DNA from: a virus
DNA length: 64,000 nt
Reading direction: 5' to 3' (one strand)
Virus record (IMG/VR): IMGVR_UViG_3300028025_000097
Shown piece after piece: positions 8,842-19,200 of the stretch. Position 1 is the stretch's first letter; every line of letters begins with the position of its first letter. The translations under genes and the position numbers were made by a program. Below the pieces are notes generated by a model. The model searched no databases. It was not told the origin of the DNA and was given only the letters and a program-made list of their open reading frames with translations.

Positions 8842-11714
8842 GCAGATACACCTATTACTTGAACGTCATTTACTCTTGGAACAACATATGTTGAAGAAGA
8901 TAATGGTACAATTTTAATAGCTAATGTATCATATGTGTCAAATTCAGTAAGGCTAGTTGAATAATATCGAACTACGTTTTCATTCTGAATATTATTAAAC
9001 GCGCTATTTTTACGAGAAACTACGCCAATCTTAAGAGACGCTGCACCTAAACTTGCATTAGCTATTGCACTATTTATTTCAAATGAAGCCGCGATTGGAG
9101 TGTTTGCAACTACAGCAACAGCATAAGTCGTATTTGCAAATAATGGATCGTATAAAACAATTACGTCTCCATTTGCAATTTCAGTATTAAAAGATGTGCC
9201 TACACCAGTTATAGTCGTATTTCCTATACCAGAATTTGCAAGAGTGGCTATACCATTTGCAGTCGAACCGATTTCAGGATAAGATCTGAATCCATATGTT
9301 AATTCTACATAGTCTTTATCGTCCGATAAGCTACTATATGTTCTTCCGCCAAGAGCAGCATCTTTAATTTCAAGTTCTGTCCAATCTTTATCATCAAATG
9401 CGTCTTCATCCTTTGAGTTATGAATACGCGCATAAAATTTAACATCTGTGCCAGCAGGTCTCCATACATTTGTTATAAGTCTAACATCCTCTGCAAATCT
9501 ATTTTTAGCAAAGGTTATCTTCTTTGATATATGCCGTGAAGTAGCATTTCCAGATCCAGTATATTCATTTGTTGTATCATTATTGATCAAATTATTAAAT
9601 GCATAGATCGAAGATAAACGAGTATGAAGTTCCGGAGATTCATACTTATTTGTAGTCGTGATATTGAACTTAATTAAAGAACTTTTGCCTTCTGATATAG
9701 ATTTGACTAAAGTAGATTTATTTGCAATTTCAAGAGACTTAGAAAGTATTTCCGCATTATAATTTCTAATATCGATAGAATCGTTATGAAACGGAATATA
9801 ATTAGAACTTGAAATCGTATAAGCATTGGCTGTTGTATCTAGCACGGAAAAATTAATCTGTGGTTGAGTATATGTTGAACCTTTAACTTCTATATGCAAA
9901 TCAGGAACTATAGTATTCATTGCTAATGACGTTATATTAGCGATTTCAACTTTTGCTAATGACATTTCGCCTTTCAATTGAGCACCAGCTACAACAGTAA
10001 ACACCGCGGAAGTATTTCCTGCAGCTCCCGTGGATGTGTAAACCGTTGCTATTGGTGCCGCCGTAAATCCGTAACCTGTATTTGTAACGTTGATACTTAT
10101 TATATTGCCCGTTGCATTCGTTACAATATTAGCTTGACCATCTACTGTGCCACCAGTAAATTTAATATAATTGGTATTAGCATATCCTTGACCGGCAGTA
10201 AATGTGATATAATTTACTCCATCTTTAATAAATCTAGTCTCATCACTTGCATTTGAATCATTTAAGATTGCTGTATTTGGATTAAATAATAGATTTTCAA
10301 AAGTACCGACTGCAGTAATTTTGTATCTTGCAGCAGTATTTGTAAATGATGTAGGTTTATCTAATACGAATTGCGTATCACTTACTATTCGTGTTACGTT
10401 TCTAACATCGGTATTGCCTAGCGTACCATCTGTAATTACGATTACAGAACCAAAATTTATATCAGAAAGAAATTTTGTTCCAGTTCCATATACATTATAT
10501 TGAACAGATCCTGAATCATGAATAGTTCCTAAAACGCCTGCATTAACACTTATAGTTCCAGTCTTATAGAAGGTTACGTTTGCACTTGTATTACCAAAAT
10601 CTTGATAAACTTTTTCACCAGTTAAAAATGATGGAAATATGGTATTATTCGCAATAAGATTATTAAACGTTATAAATTCATAGTCTTGATTGACTAGTTC
10701 AATCGCCTTTGCTGCAGTATCAAATTCAAGCACATTCACATAGAATTTTAAATCGGTATCTGATAGTGACTTAAACAATTGATCTAGCGTTTTAGGATCT
10801 TTATCAATTTCGCGATAATTACTAGCTCTATACAATTTGCCTGCGGTATAAGCACTGCTACATACTAAACCTGTGTTTATCGATAGTTGTCCTTGAGTGG
10901 CTGTCCATAAAGAAAATTGTGGATCTTCAAAATTAATTACTATACCATATGATTCACCAGTCTTTAATAAAAGCGGTGATTTAAATATAAAAAATGTAGA
11001 AGAACTCGCGTCTAACGAAGGAAAAATTTCATCATATTCTAATCTTACTTTTGATTCAGTATAAACTTTACTTAAGTCTGGTTGACCGTCTTTCATTTGG
11101 CAAATATAAACATAAACGCCAGGATTCAATATTTGTGATTGATTGTTTTTGTAATCGGGTTTTTGTTTAAAAAATAATTCTATATCAGAAACACTTACAG
11201 TTTGACTTCCAGCAACAGATGACGGATCAATATAAAAGGATTGAATAAAATCAAAGTAAAGCGAAACTTCTGAAAGGGGCGTTTTATTGCTAGTAGAACT
11301 TACTCCGCTTGTTAGATTTGCCGAAGTATTTGAACCACTTCCAGCATAGACTACTGGATTTGAAGGTGTAACATTTGCAGGATTGGTGCTAATCGAAGTA
11401 TTGTCTGGACCTCTTAATTCTATTTTTTTCGATAGAGGAACCTTATCCCCAAAAAATTGTACGCCCTTTATGATTATAGGAAAATATGTAAAAGAACATT
11501 TTCCAGCTGCATTACTTTTTAAACCAGTAACAGAACCAGAACCAGTGTATACTTTACCAGTGCCTTGCATTACAGCATCATTTCGCTTTTTGCCATCTAC
11601 ATAAAAGTCGTACGTAGAATTGGGCTTCAATCCAGAAACACTACAGTTCATTGGATAAATGAAATTAGTCTGATTATCTGCTACTTTTTGAGGATTTACT
11701 GCAAAAGCTGTCAT
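8838..11714 (-). CDS. Large virion structural protein (C-terminal half of VrlC/DUF4815 type)
   Basis: 958 aa with GLKPNSTYDFYVDG, FIQSFYIDP, LFFKQKP, DLKFYV and C-terminal YDTLAIKIV...VPRVNDVQVIGV. Confidence 0.7.
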   Translation of the reverse strand: MTAFAVNPQKVADNQTNFIYPMNCSVSGLKPNSTYDFYVDGKKRNDAVMQGTGKVYTGSGSVTGLKSNAAGKCSFTYFPIIIKGVQFFGDKVPLSKKIELRGPDNTSISTNPANVTPSNPVVYAGSGSNTSANLTSGVSSTSNKTPLSEVSLYFDFIQSFYIDPSSVAGSQTVSVSDIELFFKQKPDYKNNQSQILNPGVYVYICQMKDGQPDLSKVYTESKVRLEYDEIFPSLDASSSTFFIFKSPLLLKTGESYGIVINFEDPQFSLWTATQGQLSINTGLVCSSAYTAGKLYRASNYREIDKDPKTLDQLFKSLSDTDLKFYVNVLEFDTAAKAIELVNQDYEFITFNNLIANNTIFPSFLTGEKVYQDFGNTSANVTFYKTGTISVNAGVLGTIHDSGSVQYNVYGTGTKFLSDINFGSVIVITDGTLGNTDVRNVTRIVSDTQFVLDKPTSFTNTAARYKITAVGTFENLLFNPNTAILNDSNASDETRFIKDGVNYITFTAGQGYANTNYIKFTGGTVDGQANIVTNATGNIISINVTNTGYGFTAAPIATVYTSTGAAGNTSAVFTVVAGAQLKGEMSLAKVEIANITSLAMNTIVPDLHIEVKGSTYTQPQINFSVLDTTANAYTISSSNYIPFHNDSIDIRNYNAEILSKSLEIANKSTLVKSISEGKSSLIKFNITTTNKYESPELHTRLSSIYAFNNLINNDTTNEYTGSGNATSRHISKKITFAKNRFAEDVRLITNVWRPAGTDVKFYARIHNSKDEDAFDDKDWTELEIKDAALGGRTYSSLSDDKDYVELTYGFRSYPEIGSTANGIATLANSGIGNTTITGVGTSFNTEIANGDVIVLYDPLFANTTYAVAVVANTPIAASFEINSAIANASLGAASLKIGVVSRKNSAFNNIQNENVVRYYSTSLTEFDTYDTLAIKIVPLSSSTYVVPRVNDVQVIGVSA

Positions 11715-11732
11715 CGTGCCTATTTCCTTCTT

Positions 11733-14700
11733 TTACGAATTTATATCATTTTGTATTATTGCGGTTAAGTCAATAAATGGAGAACTTAATTTTGATGGTG
11801 GATTAAAGATATTATCTATCGTCATCATTCCTGTTAATTTAGGATTAAATAATGGTTTGATTATAGATGTAGTATTTTCTACCACGGTAGTTTGGGGTAC
11901 AATTTGTGTTGTAGTTCGAGTATTAGTTTCAGCATTTGTTGACGTCGTTGAAACTCTATCATAAGTGGTTACGTCTTTAGTCCTTGGATATGAACCTCTA
12001 TCTAAATCAGCAGTGCCTGAATTGTTGTCTAATTTAACTCTAAATTGTCTATTAGTGCCAGCAGTATTTGGCGTATAGTTATATGAAATAGCCCAAATAC
12101 GATTGCCATTTCCGTTAAAGAAACCAGAAGCAACCGTAGTCCATACGCCATTTACATATCTTTGAAGATAAGGTAAATTTCCTTTATTTTGTTGACAATC
12201 ACCAGTTGCGGTAATAGTACCTGCTAATTTACCAACTTCAAAACTTCTAGACCAAGTACGTCCTTCTAATTTTGGCAAATATCCTAAACTACCATTTGTA
12301 TCAGCAATAGTTGTAGTTTTTGGGACTAATGTAGATCCAATTTGTGTCTGGAATTGTTGTGTTGATATTTGAGTTACTGCAGTAGAAGAAGATTGCGTTT
12401 GCGTTCCACTAGATACCGTTGTAGTTATAGTTACATCAATCGTTGTAGCTTCTGTGGCGATCGATTGTCCTATTAATCGTTTTCTTGTAGATGTAAGGAC
12501 GATTTTTTCTCCATTCAAGCAACTATTTGTATCATTATCACTAAAATTAGGTTGATATTTAATTTGTACTTGTCTTTTTACTGGATGCAATTCATACCCG
12601 TAAATCTGAGCATTATACGTAGGATCGTTTATGTCAGCAAAATCTACAGTCGTAAAATTATCTACAAAAAAACCAAATTTAAATCTATTAGTAGTATTAT
12701 CAGAAGAACTAGTTAATTCTAATTTATTTATAGTATCTTCAGTAGCGCTTAATGCCGTGTAATATTCCAAATCAGCAATACGTCTTTCAAGAGATCCGAT
12801 CTCTTTCATGGTATAACGTTTTGGTTGAGAAAGAACTAATCCTTGAGCATCAATAGGCGTAGTTACTTTATAATCAGTTTGACGCTTAGTTGTAAACTTA
12901 ATATTTGAAATACGTTTGTCTAAGAATTGTGAAGTATTAGCGCTATTATTTTTAGGCAAAGACGGATATGGAGGAATGACCAAATAGTTGATCAATAATC
13001 CATCGTTTGGAATATCAGGTAATTTTGGTTTATTTGACGACGTACCTTCAATTATTCTAAAATCACCATTCGAAGAAAGCACAATCGCATCAGTACGACC
13101 TAAATACTTTTCTAAAGTTGTAGTACAATCTGATTGTGGTACAGGAAATTTCTTATCAAATGTAGTATCGAATCTATTTGCCTGTGTTGGTTCAATTGGG
13201 TTAACTGTTGCACTTGTCGCCGTAGTAGCAATGACGGCAGTATTTGAGGAATAAGGTCTAAAATCAAAATAATCTCGTAAATCAAAATATTCATCATTGT
13301 CATTATACATTTCTGGGATTTCAACAGTATTGATAGTAGTTGAGCTATTAGCTAACAATAATGTATCGTCAACTGGATAAGAAGCTAATGTTTTTAATCC
13401 CTGTTGCGTCGTGCTTAATACATCAAACTCAGCGAGTAGATAGACGCTTGATGATACAGAATATTCTGGTTTCCGATATAAAAAGCCAACATCATAATAA
13501 TCTTTCTTTTGATTATGGTCTATCCAGAAATTAGAAGTTACATTTGTATCGCTTGTAGTAACTGCACTACTATTACCAAGATATACATTTCTCAATCTTA
13601 TAATATCGGGAATACCTAAACACCATGGGCCTTTATTTGTACCGACATTTGAAGCCGTATTAATTTTAACATATGCTTGTCGTGTAATAGTCTTTGGAAC
13701 AGCATTTACAGTTCTTTGCGCATTATACGCTACTGCCATATTAACAGGAGAAGAAATAGTATTACCAATGTTAATAACGAGAGTTGTATTACCGCTTACT
13801 GTTGCTGTTCTACTAGTTCTCAAATATAATGGAATTGGTGCATATTGTGGAAATGCTAAACTAACCTTTGCACCAGCTATATAAGCATTAGCAGACCCAT
13901 TTGCAGTGACTGTCATAGACGTATCACTTGCTATAGCAGTAACTCGTCTAAATTCGGCTGCCGTGGAATTGGCGATTCGAATATAATCGCCAGTTTGAAA
14001 AGCTGTTAAGAATCCAGTAGCAGCTCCTGTGATCGCACCACCGCTGCTGCTTACAGTGCCAGCAATGTTTGTTCCTATAGCATTTGCTAATGGAACCGCA
14101 ATAATTGAAAGCTTTTGTGCGTCAGTTAGCGTTGAATTATATGGGAAAAATTCTCCGGGATTTGCGGCAACAGATACTGACATTTGACCAGTAATAGCAC
14201 AACTTATTGTATCATCTATCGTTCTATACGTGTATGAAAGGTTATTTGCGTTTTTAAGAGCAGTAGCGCCAGAGTAATAAAGTAATGAACTATTTTTAGG
14301 ATCGTATATTACAGCATTTCCACCACTTAAAACTATATCTGCAATACCATCATTTGTGCCTGATCCATTGTAATATGTACTCTTAACATTTTTAAAGTTT
14401 TTGCCTGTATTCATTCTTATATCAAACAAATACATATAATAAGTAGCTCCGGGTTCACCAGCAGAACCACTTACTAATACTAAAGAACGAATACGCGCTG
14501 TACCAATTTCTGTGCCAGGAGCAGTTATAGCAGCAAATTGCGAAGATGCATTAACAGAAGATGTTAAATACGTTGCTGTTGTATCTCTTAAAGAAATTGT
14601 AGCTCCAACTGAGAATTTAAATAGACCACCGAGTTCTTTTACTTGAATGTAATTTCCATAATTTATAGAAATTGCGGCGTTTGAAATTACTTCAGTATTC

Positions 14701-16295
14701 GTACCCTTACGAATATCTTTATAATAAGAACTATTTGTTTCTACTCTATATCCATCAATATATGCTAAACCCGGATCAACTGCAATTTCAAATTGTGTGG
14801 CCTCATCTGAAAATGTTTCTTGACCCTGAGTAGTTATAAGAAATTGGTCAATAACAAAGTCTCCGCTTTCTTCTACAGTTCTTTGTGCTATCTGTTTGCC
14901 GATTACATTAAACTGCGTCGTTTTATTTTGCTTAAATGGTTTGCCTTCACTAAATTCAACGATTGAGAAAAATGTATCATTCGCATCAGCTTCATCTTTG
15001 GTAAGAACTTTAAGTACTGGTGTCAATTTAAGACGATTTGCACCAGGAGCATTAATATTAAAAGTGCCAGTCGCATTGTCATAAAGGTTAGAATCAGTTT
15101 TATAATCTATGATTTCTTCTACGGTGTCAAAACCAACAACGTTATTTGTAGATGTAGAATATTTTTCTACGACGACAAAGTTTTCACTTACTCGTGAGAA
15201 ATAACCTTTTTGATATATGATACCGTCAGAAACACTAAAACCATAGCCATTACCTATTGCTGCCGCTGCACTATTTACAGTTACCTTTGCGGCATAATTT
15301 TTAGCAGTAATACTAAGAGCATCGATCAATGCATTAGCTGATGAACTGGTATTTGCAAGGTCGTATTTTGCTGTTACATATGGTTCAACATAATATCCTT
15401 TACCACCGTTAGTAACAATAAGTGTAGTAATGCCGCCATTAATATCAGTAATGATACTACCTTTGGCGCCAGATCCAATCAAAGAAGATAAATTTGCAGT
15501 AATCTTCGAAGAAGAAGATGTAAACTGATAACCTTCTAAGAATGCCCAAGAATCAGTATTACCTATACGGAGTTCAGATGCTAATGGTCTAATTTTAAGA
15601 ATTAAATTATCAACATTTGCGGTCGCATTAACTTGTCGAATTTCACCTCTTGCGCCAGTAACATCTTGAGTAACAATTTCACCTACGCTAAATGTACAAG
15701 CTTGACCAGTAGCATTAACAAATGATTGACCACCAGTACTATTTTGCACTGTAACAGCGCTTAAAAATACTGGTATATCTGTATTACTAAACCCAGATGA
15801 TTTAACGTCTATATCTACGTCAGAAATAGCCAATGTTGGATCATACACTGTAACAATTTGGTTGACATCAAAACTTGTGCTATTACCAGAAGTACCATGA
15901 TTTAGATATTTAACGAATAGAGTATTAAGATTTGGTGCAGTAGCTTCAAACCCAGTAGATGTCTCTATGATCTGTGCAACAAGGTTTGCAGAGTTCTTAA
16001 CTAGGTAACCTTTAAATGCAGAAACGTTAATTGGAGTGCCATCAGTTTCAAGATCATTGATTTTAACATATGGAAGAGGATTGTGAAAAAGGAAATTACA
16101 ACCATCAATGATAGTGCCTCTTTTATAGATATTGTCACCGAAGCGTTCAATCTGCTTCTGAAGAATAGTCTGAAGCTGATTTAGCTCACGAACTTGAACA
16201 GCAACTCCGGGCTTGAACAGAATCTTATAGTAATCGTCTTTCTCATTATAATCATCAAAATAAGGAGATACGTTTAAATCTGTATTGATAGGCAT
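11733..16295 (-). CDS. Large virion structural protein, DUF4815/VrlC-like N-terminal half
   Basis: 1520 aa beginning NVSPYFDDYNEKDDYYKILFKPGVAVQVRELNQLQTILQKQIERFG, with later RFKFGFFVDNF. Confidence 0.8.
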   Translation of the reverse strand: MPINTDLNVSPYFDDYNEKDDYYKILFKPGVAVQVRELNQLQTILQKQIERFGDNIYKRGTIIDGCNFLFHNPLPYVKINDLETDGTPINVSAFKGYLVKNSANLVAQIIETSTGFEATAPNLNTLFVKYLNHGTSGNSTSFDVNQIVTVYDPTLAISDVDIDVKSSGFSNTDIPVFLSAVTVQNSTGGQSFVNATGQACTFSVGEIVTQDVTGARGEIRQVNATANVDNLILKIRPLASELRIGNTDSWAFLEGYQFTSSSSKITANLSSLIGSGAKGSIITDINGGITTLIVTNGGKGYYVEPYVTAKYDLANTSSSANALIDALSITAKNYAAKVTVNSAAAAIGNGYGFSVSDGIIYQKGYFSRVSENFVVVEKYSTSTNNVVGFDTVEEIIDYKTDSNLYDNATGTFNINAPGANRLKLTPVLKVLTKDEADANDTFFSIVEFSEGKPFKQNKTTQFNVIGKQIAQRTVEESGDFVIDQFLITTQGQETFSDEATQFEIAVDPGLAYIDGYRVETNSSYYKDIRKGTNTEVISNAAISINYGNYIQVKELGGLFKFSVGATISLRDTTATYLTSSVNASSQFAAITAPGTEIGTARIRSLVLVSGSAGEPGATYYMYLFDIRMNTGKNFKNVKSTYYNGSGTNDGIADIVLSGGNAVIYDPKNSSLLYYSGATALKNANNLSYTYRTIDDTISCAITGQMSVSVAANPGEFFPYNSTLTDAQKLSIIAVPLANAIGTNIAGTVSSSGGAITGAATGFLTAFQTGDYIRIANSTAAEFRRVTAIASDTSMTVTANGSANAYIAGAKVSLAFPQYAPIPLYLRTSRTATVSGNTTLVINIGNTISSPVNMAVAYNAQRTVNAVPKTITRQAYVKINTASNVGTNKGPWCLGIPDIIRLRNVYLGNSSAVTTSDTNVTSNFWIDHNQKKDYYDVGFLYRKPEYSVSSSVYLLAEFDVLSTTQQGLKTLASYPVDDTLLLANSSTTINTVEIPEMYNDNDEYFDLRDYFDFRPYSSNTAVIATTATSATVNPIEPTQANRFDTTFDKKFPVPQSDCTTTLEKYLGRTDAIVLSSNGDFRIIEGTSSNKPKLPDIPNDGLLINYLVIPPYPSLPKNNSANTSQFLDKRISNIKFTTKRQTDYKVTTPIDAQGLVLSQPKRYTMKEIGSLERRIADLEYYTALSATEDTINKLELTSSSDNTTNRFKFGFFVDNFTTVDFADINDPTYNAQIYGYELHPVKRQVQIKYQPNFSDNDTNSCLNGEKIVLTSTRKRLIGQSIATEATTIDVTITTTVSSGTQTQSSSTAVTQISTQQFQTQIGSTLVPKTTTIADTNGSLGYLPKLEGRTWSRSFEVGKLAGTITATGDCQQNKGNLPYLQRYVNGVWTTVASGFFNGNGNRIWAISYNYTPNTAGTNRQFRVKLDNNSGTADLDRGSYPRTKDVTTYDRVSTTSTNAETNTRTTTQIVPQTTVVENTTSIIKPLFNPKLTGMMTIDNIFNPPSKLSSPFIDLTAIIQNDINS

Positions 16296-16299
16296 TTAG

Positions 16300-19200
16300 C
16301 TAAAACTCCACTATAAGCTTTATAGTTTCTGACTGGGTATTAGAGCGAGAAATGGGTTCAATGTTTTCGATGTAGATAACATCCCCAGATCCTCTAATGA
16401 AATCACCTTCATATTTATACGAACTACCTGAAGATAATACAGCAGTTGCACCACTTGTATTACCTGTTACGGTATTTCCAGGATAAAAAAGCCCATTCTG
16501 GTTAGTCACAAATATAGATGAACTATTACCAGAATGGAATCGTGCAATAGCTCCAGATGCATAAACTATTTCATCTTCTTGGAATACTCCAACCGTAGAT
16601 GTAATTCCATAATAAAATAACTGATTTACAATAGTTCCTGTCTTGGAAACTCCATTAAAGGAGATTGCAGTAACATTACCAGACGACTTTGAAGATAATC
16701 CATATACAATATTAGCTTGCGTAAAGAATCCAACTACATTTGTAACTTGAATATAACCGGCAGCTTTATCTAATATATTTCCATCAGCTTGAACATTTGC
16801 AGCAGAAATTGCTACTGCATTTGATGTAAACGCTGGGAAAGATGTTAGCACCAAATGTGAAGAGTTCGTTACGCTATTGACTTGCAGTAAATCGGTTTGA
16901 CTATCGCTCGTTTGTAAATAAACATAATCGCCGGCGCCTAATGAACTGCTAAATGAAGTCGTCTGACCCGTTAGATTGATTGAAACGTTAGGCGCCCTTG
17001 TGCTAGTAAAATATAGATTAGCACTATCACCGAGTGTAGTTTGTATATTAGCTGCTGTTGCAAGATTGGCCACCAACGTTGGTGAATAACCAAGATCAAC
17101 CGAAGCATTTGCAGAAAGAGAAACAGTAAATGATATATCTGCAAATTGGCCTGATGATGGATTATTATTTGCATTATAAATTCTAAGATATGATGGTCTC
17201 GCAATACTTGATGTAAGATTTGCGCTTGAACCGTTCGCCGTTCCGCCAGATGAATTTGCTACTGTAATAGTAGGAGCACAATCATAGTTAATGCCACCAC
17301 TGACTACATAAGCTCTGACGATACCGCCTGTCGCATTTGTAAGAAGTACTGCGTTTGCGCCCGTTCCGCCACCACCAGAGAATACAATTTTATCAGCATT
17401 AGAATACCCAGTACCACCAGCAACAATGTTTACATTAGCAATATACGATGGGAAAATACCTTTGCCTCTATTATTAAACTGAATGGCAGAGATAGTACCT
17501 GTAGTAGAAGTTACAATATTTGCAGTAGCATTGATTGCGCCTGTGGTCGTAATAACAACTACGTCAGTATTATTGTAACCAGAACCACCATCTGCTATAG
17601 AATGTGAGTTTACAATATAATCATTTAGATAACGAATTTCTCCACCAGTAGCATTAGTTAACTTCATAACTAATGAAGAATGATTGGCAAATCCAAGACC
17701 ACTTGCCGTTAGATTGATGGTAGACAATCCACCGACTGTATTTGAAACTACGTTTGCAGTTCCATTTATAGTGCCATTACTGATCGTCAATACATCGCTG
17801 TTACTACAGAACCCAGTATAACCACCACTGACTACTGAAATATTTCTGATTGCCGTATTATTGAAATATCTTGTATTTCCGGCACTTGAATTTGCTGCAT
17901 AAATGAATAGCGTAGATGAATTAAATCCACTGCCACTATTTGTAACATCGATTGAGGTCAAGAATGAGTTGGCATTAATAGCAACGTTAGCGACAGCGTT
18001 CACAGAACCATTAGTAACATAAAGAATATCGTTTGTCGCAAATAAAATTCCTGCACTATTTGCAGCAACCGTAAATGTTGCTGCAGTTCCTACGGGGTCA
18101 GATATAGTAGCAGTCGTAGTTCCTGTATATCCGAAACCGTTATTAGCAATTACAATAGATGCGATATTACCTGATGCGTTATTTGTGAAAAATGCTATAG
18201 CGCCATATCCACCAGATGTGCTGGTAAACGTTATTGAATTAGCTAATACAGGAATAAGATTTGCGCCGATACCATTTGCAGTAGCATTCGTAGATATAGT
18301 TGGTACTGAAGTGTAACCTGTACCGTTTGCTACCATCGTAACAGAAATGATAGAACCTAAACTGTTGTTTACGAAAGTTGCATTAGCACCAGAACCAGCA
18401 CCACCAGTAAAGATCAATATGTTATTTGCAATAGAATTATATCCAACCCCACCATTTACGACATCAACTCTTAAAATCTTAGTAGAATCATAATTCTGAC
18501 CATTAGCAGTTATCGTAACCGTACCTATTCTATAAACAGGAGCAGAATTTGAAACCGTAATTGCACTTACGATATTAGAATTTAAATATCTTACACGACC
18601 ACCAGTAGAATTAGCAACATATGGAGTTAGAGTTGCAGATGGGTCAAGCGTAAATCCAAAATTATTGCCAAGTGTGGTCACAGTAGCATTTACAAGAGCT
18701 AGAGACATACTGCCATCTGTTGCTGTAAAGACGTTTGCAAATGCATTACCAGTCGTTGCAGAAGGACTTGGGAAAACTATGTAATCCGTATTTGCATATA
18801 ATCCAACACTACCGTTTGAAACAACTGTAGCATTAACCACTTTAGCACCATTTGAATACCCGCCAGAACTATTAGCAATTATTAAAGAAAGACCATTTGA
18901 TTGCATTCTTACTGAGAAGGTTGCGACCACAGATGGTGATGTGCCGATAGCATTAGCAGTAGGAGTCGATGTGTATGCAGTTCCAGGGTTGACTAAAGTT
19001 ACACTACTAATTGCACCAGTGGCTGTATTAACGAATGTTGCAATAGCTCCAGTCCCACCACCACCAGTGAAAGCCAATTGATTATTGACAGTAGAATCAT
19101 AACCAACTCCATTTGCGGTGATAGTAATAGTTGCAATTTCGTTTAGATTAAATCCTTTACCGCTATTTGTTATAAGCAAAGATGTAATACCGCCAATAGA

